From: Gammaproteobacteria bacterium
GTDB lineage: Bacteria > Pseudomonadota > Gammaproteobacteria > Thiomicrospirales > Thiomicrospiraceae
Reading direction: 5' to 3'
Length of the DNA stretch: 64,000 nucleotides
NCBI GenBank assembly: GCA_014763665.1
Contig: JACXUY010000001.1
Coordinates: forward strand, 2,598 to 66,597
This document shows, in pieces, positions 27,846 to 36,824 of this stretch. Under the pieces are notes generated by a model, which had not been told where the DNA came from, did no database searches, and saw nothing but the letters and a program-made list of their open reading frames with translations. The first letter of the stretch is position 1. Every line of letters starts with the position of its first letter. The position numbers were made by a program, and so were the translations under genes.

Positions 27846-29825
27846 AGCGTATTCCTCGAAACGATTGATCGCTTCTTGTGTACCTCTTAACACGATGCGG
27901 TCACCAGCTCTGAGTTCAGTGTTGGGCGAGGGGTTGTCGCCACGAATACCGTCGCGTTTAATGGCTTCGATATCGACTTCGGCATTCATTGATAACACTT
28001 CTTCTACCGTTTTACCCACGGCTTTTGCTCCAGAACTGAGCGTGATGGTATGAAGAATCGTGGGCTGCTGATCGATGCTAGCGGCTACATCGCTATCGCC
28101 TGGATAGAAGCCTTTTAACAGACTATAGCGATTTTGCCGAATTTGGCGCACTTCTCGCAACACTTCACTGGGTGGATAGCCCAGTAGCAGCAGGACTTGT
28201 GAAGACAGCATGATACTGGCCTCAAAGGTGTCAGGGATGACTTCGGTTGCCCCAGCATCCATGAGCTGATTTAAGTGACCTTCGTCGCGTGTACGCACCA
28301 TAATGCACACATCTCGGCGTAGCTCGCGCACGCGATGTAATACCTTCAAGGAAGCGTGCAAATCGGAAATACACAATACCACCACTTCGGCACGCTCAAT
28401 ACCAGCTGCATGCAAAATCTCTGATCGTGATGAGTCGCCATAAAATACCAGTTCACCCGCTTCTTTCGCTTCTTGCGTGCGCGTAATGTCCATGTCTAGG
28501 GCAACGTAGGTCATGCCAGATTTGCGCAAGAAACGCGCTAGTGTTTGTCCTACACGACCAAAACCACAAATAATCACGTGATCATGATAGTGCTTGGTTT
28601 GCTCTTGAATGGCAACTTCTTGCGCTCGACGATCCTTGCCATAGGTTTTTTTGAGCAAGCGTTTGGCCATAGCACCATTGTGTTTGATGAGCAGTGGTGA
28701 CAACATCATACTGAAAATGGCCGCTGCCAATAATACTTGACCTTCTAATTCTGGAATCAGCTTTTGATTGAACATAAGTGACAATAAGGCAAAACCGAAT
28801 TCGCCACCATGTGCAAGTACGATAGCAGTTCTAAAAGCGACACCACCATTGTTTCCGAAGAAGTATTCCAAAAATCCGACAATTAGAGCTTTGAGTAAAA
28901 TCAGGCCAACCATGAGTGCCATAATGGTGGCTAAATGATCCCAGACAACATGCAAGTCGATGAGAATACCAATGGTGATGAAAAACAAGCCCAACAGCAC
29001 GTCTTGGAAGGGGCGAATGTCGGACTCCACTTGGTGGCGATAATCGGTTTCGGCCAGCATCATGCCCGCAACAAAAGCCCCTAACGCCATAGATAATCCT
29101 AGACTGCTCGTCAGGGCAGCGGCACCAATGGCTACCATTAAAACCGTTAGCGTGAAAAGCTCATTTGATTTAGCACCAGCAACCTCCTTAAACACCCAGC
29201 GCAGCAAGGTTCGTCCCAAAACCAACAAAATGACGACGGCAAGAATCCCCTTAATCAGCGCAAAAATAAGCTCGGTGCCCATGCTTTGTTCAGAATCGCC
29301 GCCGCTTGCTACATGTGCTCCCAATACAGGAATGATAATGAGCAGTGGGATGGCGGCAAAGTCTTGAAACAACAAAATACCCAGTGCGTTTCGTCCATGC
29401 CGAGATTGCATCTCAGCTTGTTCATTAAGTTGTTTGAGGACAACAGCGGTTGAGGACATGGCTAAAGCTGCGCCTGCCAGCAAAGCCACATCCCAGCGAA
29501 CCCCGATGAGATATGCCAGTAACCCAAACACACTCATCGACAGGGCAACTTGTAGGCCTCCTAGTCCTAAAATGGTGCGTTTCATGGTCAGGAACTGAGG
29601 AACGGAAAATTCCAATCCAATGGCAAACAGCATGAAAACGATGCCAAATTCTGCTAAAAAGTGGATATTTTCTTCATCGGCGATAAGAGCGAAAGCATGG
29701 GGTCCCATAATGATACCGACCATGATGTAGCCGATAATGGGGGGTAAATTAATACGACGAAAAGCAGCAACAACCAGCACTGATACCAGAAGAATGCCGA
29801 ATACCTCGTAAAGGGTATTATGCAT
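27831..29825 (-). CDS. Monovalent cation:proton antiporter-2 (CPA2, KefB/YbaL-like) with C-terminal RCK (TrkA-N and TrkA-C) domains
   Basis: Na_H exchanger TM domain, Rossmann motif VIICGFGRVGQ and a C-terminal TrkA-C-like region. I prefer start ATG 29825 (MHNTLYEVFG...), which gives an 8-nt overlap with the nadC stop. The ORF-track start 29921 lies inside nadC. Confidence 0.88.
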   Translation of the reverse strand: MHNTLYEVFGILLVSVLVVAAFRRINLPPIIGYIMVGIIMGPHAFALIADEENIHFLAEFGIVFMLFAIGLEFSVPQFLTMKRTILGLGGLQVALSMSVFGLLAYLIGVRWDVALLAGAALAMSSTAVVLKQLNEQAEMQSRHGRNALGILLFQDFAAIPLLIIIPVLGAHVASGGDSEQSMGTELIFALIKGILAVVILLVLGRTLLRWVFKEVAGAKSNELFTLTVLMVAIGAAALTSSLGLSMALGAFVAGMMLAETDYRHQVESDIRPFQDVLLGLFFITIGILIDLHVVWDHLATIMALMVGLILLKALIVGFLEYFFGNNGGVAFRTAIVLAHGGEFGFALLSLMFNQKLIPELEGQVLLAAAIFSMMLSPLLIKHNGAMAKRLLKKTYGKDRRAQEVAIQEQTKHYHDHVIICGFGRVGQTLARFLRKSGMTYVALDMDITRTQEAKEAGELVFYGDSSRSEILHAAGIERAEVVVLCISDLHASLKVLHRVRELRRDVCIMVRTRDEGHLNQLMDAGATEVIPDTFEASIMLSSQVLLLLGYPPSEVLREVRQIRQNRYSLLKGFYPGDSDVAASIDQQPTILHTITLSSGAKAVGKTVEEVLSMNAEVDIEAIKRDGIRGDNPSPNTELRAGDRIVLRGTQEAINRFEEYALLQG

Positions 29826-30705
29826 GAGTGTTTTCCCATTCAAAACGCATCGACAAGTCGATGGCATAAAGATGTTTGGTGATGGCACCAGTCGAGATAA
29901 AATCAACTCCTGTTTCCGCAAGTGACGCTAACTGGTCGAAGGTGACATTGCCCGACACTTCGAGCGGGATTTTTCCCTGTGCTAATGCAACTGCTTGGTG
30001 AATGTCACTCAGTGAAAAGTTGTCGAGCATAATGCGATCTAAGGGTAAGTCTAGGGCTATTGCTAACTCGGCTAAGGATTCAACCTCCGCTTCGATAAAG
30101 GTGTTTGGGAATTTTTCTTTCGCTTTTTGAACAGCGCTTGCTAAAGAGCCCGCTGCCATAATGTGGTTTTCTTTAATGAGTATGGCATCGTAAAGTCCGA
30201 TGCGATGATTAACACCACCGCCAACACGAACGGCATATTTTTGTGCTAAGCGCATTCCGGGTAGGGTTTTGCGTGTGTCGAGCAACTTTGTTTTGCCGTG
30301 CGCAGCAAGTTCGGTGGCGTAGCGGTTAGCAGCAGTGGCTGTTCCCATTAGGCTTTGAAGAAAATTGAGCGCGGTTCGCTCTCCAGTTAATAAGCTGCGA
30401 GCCGGTCCGTGTAAGTGACAGAGTTGGGTGTTCGCCTTGATCTGTTCACCTTCTTCCACCAGCCAGGTTACATTAACTCGTTTATCTAGCTGAGCGAAGA
30501 CTTCATTGAACCATGTTTGTCCACACATAATGGCTGGTTCACGGCAAATGACGCTAGCGCTGGCTTGTTGTTTTTTTGCAATGAGTTTAGCGGAGAGGTC
30601 GCCACTGCCAATATCCTCATTCAGCGCGTTTGCTACCTGTTGACGTAACCAATCTGTGACTTGCATGGGTTTTAGACTTATAATTTGATCAAAAATATTG
30701 ATCAC
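29818..30705 (-). CDS. nadC: Nicotinate-nucleotide pyrophosphorylase (quinolinate phosphoribosyltransferase)
   Basis: 295 aa with LTGERTALNFLQ, TRKT.PG.R, IKENH and MLDNF motifs. Divergent from ampD as in E. coli. The start may be the internal ATG at 30666. Confidence 0.92.
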   Translation of the reverse strand: MINIFDQIISLKPMQVTDWLRQQVANALNEDIGSGDLSAKLIAKKQQASASVICREPAIMCGQTWFNEVFAQLDKRVNVTWLVEEGEQIKANTQLCHLHGPARSLLTGERTALNFLQSLMGTATAANRYATELAAHGKTKLLDTRKTLPGMRLAQKYAVRVGGGVNHRIGLYDAILIKENHIMAAGSLASAVQKAKEKFPNTFIEAEVESLAELAIALDLPLDRIMLDNFSLSDIHQAVALAQGKIPLEVSGNVTFDQLASLAETGVDFISTGAITKHLYAIDLSMRFEWENTHA

Positions 30706-30731
30706 AATTATAACCTTATTCGGGGGAGTAG

Positions 30732-31271
30732 ATGAAGGTTAATTCGATAACGGGGCTAGTCGAAGGGGTTGCCTACTATGCCACTGATCATTGCAATGAC
30801 CGGCCAAATGGCATTGAGCCTAGTTTAGTTGTCCTGCATGCCATTAGTTTGCCGCCTGGTCAATTCGGTGGTTCAGATGTTATTGACTTTTTTCAAGGCA
30901 ATTTATCTCTCGCCTCTCATCCTTATTACCAACAGTTAGTGGACGTGCGCGTATCTGCTCACTGTTGGATTAGACGTTGTGGCGAGCTGGTGCAGTTTGT
31001 TCCCTTTCATCGACGTGCATGGCATGCTGGTGTTTCGCGTTTTGCGAATCGCACTGGTGTCAATGATTTTTCCATTGGTATTGAACTGGAGGGTACGGAA
31101 ACAGCGAGTTTTACAGAGGCACAATATGCTCAACTTAATTGTGTGATTGCGGCGTTGAAGCAGGCTTATCCGAGTTTGAAATCAGCGTCAATTGTTGGTC
31201 ACAGTGATATTGCACCAGTGCGAAAAACCGATCCAGGGTTGGGGTTTGATTGGCAACGCCTAGTGCCTTGA
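30732..31271 (+). CDS. ampD: 1,6-anhydro-N-acetylmuramyl-L-alanine amidase AmpD
   Basis: 179 aa amidase_2 fold with VVLHAISLPPG, RAWHAGVS, FSIGIELEG, GHSDIAP and KTDPG. Confidence 0.9.
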   Translation: MKVNSITGLVEGVAYYATDHCNDRPNGIEPSLVVLHAISLPPGQFGGSDVIDFFQGNLSLASHPYYQQLVDVRVSAHCWIRRCGELVQFVPFHRRAWHAGVSRFANRTGVNDFSIGIELEGTETASFTEAQYAQLNCVIAALKQAYPSLKSASIVGHSDIAPVRKTDPGLGFDWQRLVP

Positions 31272-31294
31272 TGTCTGCGCAAAATGAATCTGCA

Positions 31295-31303
31295 TGCTAT
31301 AAT
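31295..31303 (+). promoter_or_regulatory. Candidate extended -10 promoter element (TGcTATAAT) upstream of trpBA
   Basis: ATGCTATAAT read directly. There is no good -35. About 210 nt upstream of the trpB start. Confidence 0.35.
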
Positions 31304-31372
31304 GTTTCAAATAATCAATGTGTCAATAGTGACTGTGTGTAAAGTATCTTAGACTGCTCATTGCTGAAACTT

Positions 31373-31424
31373 GCGCAAAACTAATTTACGATGGTGAATT
31401 AGTTTCGCGCATTTGTTCTTTGTT
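31373..31424 (+). terminator. Terminator-like hairpin plus T-rich tract in the ampD-trpB spacer (ampD terminator or trpBA leader attenuator)
   Basis: GCGCAAAACTAATT-tacgatggtg-AATTAGTTTCGCGC pairs at 13 of 14 positions and is followed by ATTTGTTCTTTGTT. Confidence 0.5.
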
Positions 31425-31514
31425 AGCGGTTCAATAGTTTTCACTCTGTCTTAACAGCACGCTTGTTGAGCATGGCTTGGCTTTTGGCCATAACTGAATT
31501 AAGGAAAGTTGATA

Positions 31515-32714
31515 ATGGACTACACTCAATACCCTGACGCACGGGGGCATTTTGGGCCTTATGGTGGTATTTTCGCGCCAGAAACCCTGATGCACCCCTT
31601 AGCTGAGTTAACTGAAGCCTATGCTAAGTATCGTGTAGATCCTGATTTTTTAGCAGAGTTTGAAGCCGATTTACAACATTATGTCGGTCGTCCAACCCCT
31701 TTGTATCATGCACAACGTTTAAGTGCTCACCTAGGTGGTGCACAAATCCATTTTAAACGTGAAGACCTTAATCATACTGGTGCGCACAAGATCAATAACA
31801 CCATTGGTCAAGCGATGCTGGCTAAACGTATGGGTAAAACCCGCATTATTGCTGAAACGGGTGCTGGTCAGCATGGGGTGGCATCGGCAACCGTCGCCGC
31901 ACGAATGGGGTTAGAATGTGTGGTTTACATGGGCGCGGAAGATGTAGCCCGTCAAGCACCTAATGTGGCACGTATGAAGATGCTCGGTGCGACAGTTGTC
32001 GCAGTAGAGTCGGGCACTAAAACCTTAAAAGATGCCTTAAACGAAGCCATGCGTGACTGGGTAACCAATGTGGACAACACCTACTACATTATCGGTACGG
32101 TGGCGGGACCTCATCCTTACCCTATGCTGGTTCGTGATTTTCAATCGGTGATCGGTCGTGAGACTAAGCAACAGTCTTTAACTCAACTAGGTCGTCTGCC
32201 AGATGCCATTATTGCCTGTGTTGGTGGCGGCTCTAACGCGATGGGCTTGTTCTACGACTTCCTAAATAATGATGGTGTCGCTATTTATGGTGTTGAGGCA
32301 GGGGGCGATGGTGTTGAAACTGGACGTCATGCGGCTCCTCTGTGTGCGGGGCGTCCTGGTGTGCTGCATGGTAATCGTACCTATTTAATGCAAGATGACA
32401 ATGGCCAGATTATTGGTACGCATTCGATTTCAGCTGGCTTGGATTATCCAGGTGTCGGACCAGAGTTGTCTTTCTTGAAGGATACGGGTCGAGCTAACTT
32501 TGTGGCCATTACCGACGATGAAGCCATGGAAGGCTTCCGCTTAATGACACGCATGGAAGGAATTATTCCCGCATTAGAAACCAGTCATGCCATTGCCTAC
32601 GCAACTAAATTAGCGCCAGAATTGTCTAAGCATCAGCATATTGTGGTGAATTTGTCTGGTCGTGGTGATAAAGATATGAATACCATTGCACGTATTGAAG
32701 GATGGACACTATGA
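31515..32714 (+). CDS. trpB: Tryptophan synthase beta chain
   Basis: Contains [27 protein letters not shown] and [11 protein letters not shown] 31515 is preceded by AAGGAAAG. Confidence 0.97.
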   Translation: MDYTQYPDARGHFGPYGGIFAPETLMHPLAELTEAYAKYRVDPDFLAEFEADLQHYVGRPTPLYHAQRLSAHLGGAQIHFKREDLNHTGAHKINNTIGQAMLAKRMGKTRIIAETGAGQHGVASATVAARMGLECVVYMGAEDVARQAPNVARMKMLGATVVAVESGTKTLKDALNEAMRDWVTNVDNTYYIIGTVAGPHPYPMLVRDFQSVIGRETKQQSLTQLGRLPDAIIACVGGGSNAMGLFYDFLNNDGVAIYGVEAGGDGVETGRHAAPLCAGRPGVLHGNRTYLMQDDNGQIIGTHSISAGLDYPGVGPELSFLKDTGRANFVAITDDEAMEGFRLMTRMEGIIPALETSHAIAYATKLAPELSKHQHIVVNLSGRGDKDMNTIARIEGWTL

Positions 32715-33517
32715 ATCGCCTAGCGACTGTTTTTGCTGATACGCGTGCACACAATCGTGCCGCATTAATTCCCTATGTTACGGCGGGTGATCCATCGCCC
32801 TTATTAACGGTTCCTTTAATGCATACCTTGGTTGATGCGGGCGCTGATGTGATTGAATTGGGTGTGCCTTTTTCAGATCCGATGGCGGATGGCCCTGTTA
32901 TCCAACGCGCTACCGAACGTGCCTTAACCTATAGCGTAACCATGCGCAATGTGTTAGAGATGGTAATGGATTTTCGTCGTCAAAATCAGCAAACGCCGGT
33001 GGTACTGATGGGTTATGCCAATCCTATCGAAGCGATGGGCATTGAGCAATTTGCACGCGAAGCGGCCAGTGCGGGTGTCGATGGTGTGTTAACGGTGGAT
33101 TATCCCGCTGAAGAAGCACAACCCATTACCGATGCATTAGCTGAAGTGGGGCTGGCCAATATTTTCTTGGTGTCACCCACCACGCCTTATGCGCGAGAAC
33201 AAGCCGTGTTAAAACAAGCTAGTGGTTTTATTTACTATGTTTCTTTGCGTGGTGTAACTGGTGCAGCCCTATCTGACTTGGATGAGGTTCGTGCTAAAGT
33301 AGAAGAGCTTAAAGCGCAAAGTAGTTTACCTGTTGGTGTCGGTTTTGGCATTCGTGATGCGGAAACGGCACAAAAAATGTCTGCTTTTGCTGATGCGGTT
33401 GTCATAGGTAGTTCGCTCATCACTGCAATGGAGGAAGTCGCTCCGCAAGGCGATGCTGCTGTATTGGCTGCAGCCTATGGTTTGCTCTCTCCGATTCGTG
33501 CTGTATTGCAACGCTGA
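32711..33517 (+). CDS. trpA: Tryptophan synthase alpha chain
   Basis: [28 protein letters not shown]...[17 protein letters not shown]...GFGI. ATGA overlap with the trpB stop is preferred over ATG 32702. Confidence 0.95.
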   Translation: MNRLATVFADTRAHNRAALIPYVTAGDPSPLLTVPLMHTLVDAGADVIELGVPFSDPMADGPVIQRATERALTYSVTMRNVLEMVMDFRRQNQQTPVVLMGYANPIEAMGIEQFAREAASAGVDGVLTVDYPAEEAQPITDALAEVGLANIFLVSPTTPYAREQAVLKQASGFIYYVSLRGVTGAALSDLDEVRAKVEELKAQSSLPVGVGFGIRDAETAQKMSAFADAVVIGSSLITAMEEVAPQGDAAVLAAAYGLLSPIRAVLQR

Positions 33518-33548
33518 TCAATCGTTATTGACCACATAGGATAAGAAA

Positions 33549-34430
33549 ATGGCTAATTGGCTGGATAAATTAGAAAACAAACTCATTTCAATTATTCGTC
33601 GCACGGCTGATCAGCGTTCGAGTGTGCCAGAAGGCAAATGGATTAAGTGTCCTGGCATGGATGCACCGGTTTATCATGCCGAAATTGAGCGTAATTGCCA
33701 TGTTTGTCCCAATGGTTCGCACTTGCGCATTGGCGCACGTCGTCGTTTGGCGATTTTTTTAGATCCAGCCTCGGGAATTGAAATTGCGGCTGATGTTGCT
33801 CCTGTAGATGCGCTAAAGTTTAGAGATCAGAAAAACTATAAAGATCGCGTTAAAGAAGCGCAGCAAAAAACAGGCGAAAAGGATGCGCTCATTGTTGAGC
33901 GTGGTACTTTGCACGGACTGCCAGTGGTGGTCGCTGCTTTTGAGTTCGACTTTATGGGCGGCTCGATGGGATCGGTTGTGGGTGAAAAATTTGTGCGTGG
34001 TGTCAATGAAGCTATTGCCCATAATTGCCCCTTCATTTGCTTCTCTGCCAGTGGTGGTGCACGCATGCAAGAGGCTTTATTCTCACTGATGCAAATGGCA
34101 AAAACGTCTGCGGCATTAGGTCAATTACGTGCGCGCAAATTGCCGTTTGTGTCGGTATTAACAGACCCAACAATGGGAGGTGTTTCAGCCTCATTTGCCA
34201 TGTTGGGCGATTTGAACATTGCCGAGCCTAATGCGTTAATTGGTTTTGCCGGTCCACGCGTCATTGAGCAAACGGTACGTGAAAAGTTACCTGAGGGCTT
34301 CCAGCGCAGCGAGTTCTTGCAAGAGCACGGTGCGATTGATGCGATTGTCGATCGCCGTGAAATGCGTGATGTGTTGGCATCTAAACTGGCGATTTTGATG
34401 AAACAGGCTATGCCTCGTAAAGTTAGCTAA
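33549..34430 (+). CDS. accD: Acetyl-CoA carboxylase carboxyltransferase beta subunit
   Basis: 293 aa with [10 protein letters not shown]...VCP in the N-terminal finger region, then [18 protein letters not shown] and [10 protein letters not shown]. Confidence 0.95.
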   Translation: MANWLDKLENKLISIIRRTADQRSSVPEGKWIKCPGMDAPVYHAEIERNCHVCPNGSHLRIGARRRLAIFLDPASGIEIAADVAPVDALKFRDQKNYKDRVKEAQQKTGEKDALIVERGTLHGLPVVVAAFEFDFMGGSMGSVVGEKFVRGVNEAIAHNCPFICFSASGGARMQEALFSLMQMAKTSAALGQLRARKLPFVSVLTDPTMGGVSASFAMLGDLNIAEPNALIGFAGPRVIEQTVREKLPEGFQRSEFLQEHGAIDAIVDRREMRDVLASKLAILMKQAMPRKVS

Positions 34431-35728
34431 TGGCCGCTGTTCATAACCTCGTTTCCTTAGATGACTGGTTAGCTTTTCAGGAGCAACAGCACAGTAAAAC
34501 GATTGATTTGGGGTTAGAGCGGGTGCGCCAAATGGCGCAACGCTTGGGTTTATTGTCGCCAACAGCTTTAACCATTACCGTCGCTGGCACTAATGGCAAG
34601 GGTTCTTCCACCGCAGCTTTGTCGGCTATTTACACGACGGCGGGTTATCGCACTGGCTGGTATGCTTCTCCTCATTTACTGAATTACAACGAGCGCATCT
34701 GTATTGATAACCAACCAGTCAGTGATGCCTTGTTGGTTCAAGCCATTGAAGCGATTTATGCGCAGCTCGAAGGGTTGACACTCAGCTATTTTGAATGGGG
34801 AACACTGGCAGCCTTATGGTTGTTTAAGCAACAATCTTGTCAGGTTCAAGTGCTGGAAGTGGGCTTGGGTGGTCGGTTAGATGCGGTCAATGTGATTAAT
34901 GCCGATGCGGCCTTAATTACGCCGATCGATTTGGACCATCAAGCCTGGCTTGGTAACGATCGTGCCAGCATCGCCAAAGAAAAGGCCGGTATTTTGCGTG
35001 GGCATCAAGTCGCTGTTTGCTCTGATCCCAATCCTGAAAAGAGTCTGTTAGATTACGCAAGCAACCTAGGCGTGACCTTAGCTTTGATGTCGAAAGACTA
35101 TCATTATCAGCGATTGGATGCGCAAACTTGGCAATGGCAAGGCTTGAATAAAAGGCTGCGATTGCCTCAGCCTAAACTGCTAGGCGAGTTTCAACTAGCT
35201 AATCTATCGGGCGTGCTGATGCTAGTGCAAGCCTTGCAATCAAAGCTGCCTGTCACCGATGAGCAAATCGCACAGGGGTTGCAAGCCATTCAATTGGTTG
35301 GGCGCTTAGATTACCGACAATTGGCAGACGCATCTTGGCTTTTTGATGTTGCTCATAATCCTCAGTCTATTCGTGCGCTGGCTGATTATTGTGCAACTCA
35401 CCTTAAAAACCAGTCTATTGCAATGGTGTTTAGTGCTTTGTCAGATAAAGAGATAGCCCCGATGGTGGCGCAATTAGCGCCCTACGTTGAACGCTGGTTT
35501 GTTGCAGTGCTTTCTAGTCCAAGAGCTGCGAGTCGAGCGCAGTTGCAGCAAGCACTAGCGATATTGCCAGATGAGCAGTTGGTTTGGTGTGATTCGATTG
35601 AACAGGCTTGTGAGCGAGCGCAGCAACAACCCACAGCGGTGCTCAGACTGGTCACGGGTTCTTTTGTCACGGTAGAGCAGGGTTTACGCTGGTGGCAACA
35701 GCAAAAGATGAATTTGGGCGAAGCATGA
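34430..35728 (+). CDS. folC: Bifunctional folylpolyglutamate synthase / dihydrofolate synthase
   Basis: 432 aa with ITVAGTNGKGS, LEVGLGGRLDAVN and a Mur-ligase C-domain. accD-folC context. Confidence 0.93.
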   Translation: MAAVHNLVSLDDWLAFQEQQHSKTIDLGLERVRQMAQRLGLLSPTALTITVAGTNGKGSSTAALSAIYTTAGYRTGWYASPHLLNYNERICIDNQPVSDALLVQAIEAIYAQLEGLTLSYFEWGTLAALWLFKQQSCQVQVLEVGLGGRLDAVNVINADAALITPIDLDHQAWLGNDRASIAKEKAGILRGHQVAVCSDPNPEKSLLDYASNLGVTLALMSKDYHYQRLDAQTWQWQGLNKRLRLPQPKLLGEFQLANLSGVLMLVQALQSKLPVTDEQIAQGLQAIQLVGRLDYRQLADASWLFDVAHNPQSIRALADYCATHLKNQSIAMVFSALSDKEIAPMVAQLAPYVERWFVAVLSSPRAASRAQLQQALAILPDEQLVWCDSIEQACERAQQQPTAVLRLVTGSFVTVEQGLRWWQQQKMNLGEA

Positions 35729-36369
35729 AAGCAAATTTGAATGAGGTTGATCCGCTTAGAATTCGCATGATTGGGGCGATTTTTTGGGCAGTATTATTGG
35801 TTTATTTAATTCCTCGGTGGTTTCAGCATCCGGTAGCCTTTTCACCCGACGGTATGAAACCTTCTGGCGTTATGGTCGCTGATGTGGATTCGACACAGGT
35901 GACAACGGTTGGCAATGACACTAAGACGACAACCAGCGCTGTCGAACCACGCTCGGAGCTTTACATCGATAAACCCTTAACAACAACGCCACCCCCTGCT
36001 GATCCAGCAAGGGTGCAAGCGCTGAATCAACCCTTAACAGTTAGGGAGGTGCAAGTAGATCAACAGGGGCGCTTGAGTGTGGCATCGGCCGAACAGCGTT
36101 TGGCGATGAGTCCCGCGCCGCCCACGGCAGCCGATGGTCATTATTGGGTGCAGATTGCCACCTATAAATTAGAAACTATCGCCCTAGAGACGCAGCAAAA
36201 AATACGTGCTCAGGGATTTGTTGGGCGTATTAACTTAACCAAAAATAAAAAAGGTCATACTATTTACGTGTTGCGTGTTGGGCCTTATAAGTCGCAAGCC
36301 GATGCTAACCAAGCCAAGGCAATTGTTGATGCTGCACTGAAAACCAAGTCACTGGTTTTGAAAAAGTAG
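35725..36369 (+). CDS. SPOR-domain cell division protein (DedD-like)
   Basis: N-terminal TM IGAIFWAVLLVYLIP, a low-complexity linker and a C-terminal SPOR domain (YWVQIATYK...YVLRVGPYKSQADANQA). ATGA overlap with the folC stop is preferred. It occupies the position after folC, as dedD does in E. coli. Confidence 0.8.
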   Translation: MKANLNEVDPLRIRMIGAIFWAVLLVYLIPRWFQHPVAFSPDGMKPSGVMVADVDSTQVTTVGNDTKTTTSAVEPRSELYIDKPLTTTPPPADPARVQALNQPLTVREVQVDQQGRLSVASAEQRLAMSPAPPTAADGHYWVQIATYKLETIALETQQKIRAQGFVGRINLTKNKKGHTIYVLRVGPYKSQADANQAKAIVDAALKTKSLVLKK

Positions 36370-36373
36370 AAAC

Positions 36374-36420
36374 TCTCTAAAACCCCACTTCGTGGTATTT
36401 TTAGAGAAATGAAGTTTGTT
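36374..36420 (+). terminator. Imperfect hairpin plus GTTTGTTT tract after the SPOR gene (part of the repeat module, copy B)
   Basis: TCTCTAAAA-cc-CCAC-ttc-GTGG-tat-TTTTAGAGA, then AAATGAAGTTTGTTTAATTT. Confidence 0.45.
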
Positions 36421-36427
36421 TAATTTC

Positions 36428-36484
36428 TGGTGGACGGGCGTAACATCAGTTAATTGAATGCTATTATCATTAAGCCCTTCCCCC
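36428..36484 (-). repeat. Copy B of the 57-nt intergenic repeat core
   Basis: The reverse complement reads GGGGGAAGGGCTTAATGATAATAGCATTCAATTAACTGATGTTACGCCCGTCCACCA. Confidence 0.75.
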
Positions 36485-36530
36485 ATACCCACTTCCCATC
36501 AAGGCTTTTAGGGGTTTCCAAGAGTCATTA

Positions 36531-36670
36531 AAAAAATAAATTTTTGTAATCTGTTTGTCATCTAACGCCAGTGTGGGTTATTAACCACCCCTAACTTGAT
36601 TGAGGATAATAGGTTCTTATGTGCGGTCGGGCTCATTAAACGTACGGTATCCTTTCGGTTAATGGTGACA
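36531..36670 (+). repeat. Upstream (degenerate) copy of a tandem duplication of the purF promoter, RBS and first codons
   Basis: Blocks of 47, 17 and 25 nt are identical to 36697-36824. It carries ATG TGC GGT, then an 18-nt replacement containing TAA. Confidence 0.85.
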
Positions 36671-36696
36671 TTGTGTCTGTCTTATGCTCTGGGTTC

Positions 36697-36824
36697 AAAA
36701 AATAAATTTTTGTAATCTGTTTGTCATCTAACGCCAGTGTGGGATAATAATAGTCCCAAATTTCATTGCGGCTAACAGGTTCTTATGTGCGGTATTATCG
36801 GTATCCTTTCGGTTAATGGTGACA
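36697..36824 (+). repeat. Downstream (functional) copy of the purF promoter/5'-CDS tandem duplication
   Basis: Offset 166 nt from copy 1. Runs into the genuine purF start at 36785. Confidence 0.85.
36721..36748 (+). promoter_or_regulatory. Candidate sigma-70 promoter of purF
   Basis: TTGTCA, 16 nt, then GATAAT, about 37 nt upstream of the purF ATG. The upstream duplicate has GTTATT in place of GATAAT. Confidence 0.45.

Noticed and set aside
29826-29921. N-terminal 32-codon extension of the CPA2 antiporter ORF
   Set aside because: The extension lies inside the 3' end of nadC. ATG 29825 begins directly with the first TM helix.
31304-31514. Classical Trp-codon leader peptide for attenuation upstream of trpBA
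   Set aside because: The only short ORFs are MCQ-stop, MVN-stop and a 21-codon ORF from 31472 with a single Trp that runs into trpB out of frame. None has tandem Trp codons positioned before the hairpin.
36531-36784. PurR-type operator (ACGCAAACGTTTGCGT-like) in the purF upstream region
   Set aside because: Only an AAACGT half-like fragment occurs, inside the copy-1 replacement segment. There is no palindromic PUR box.
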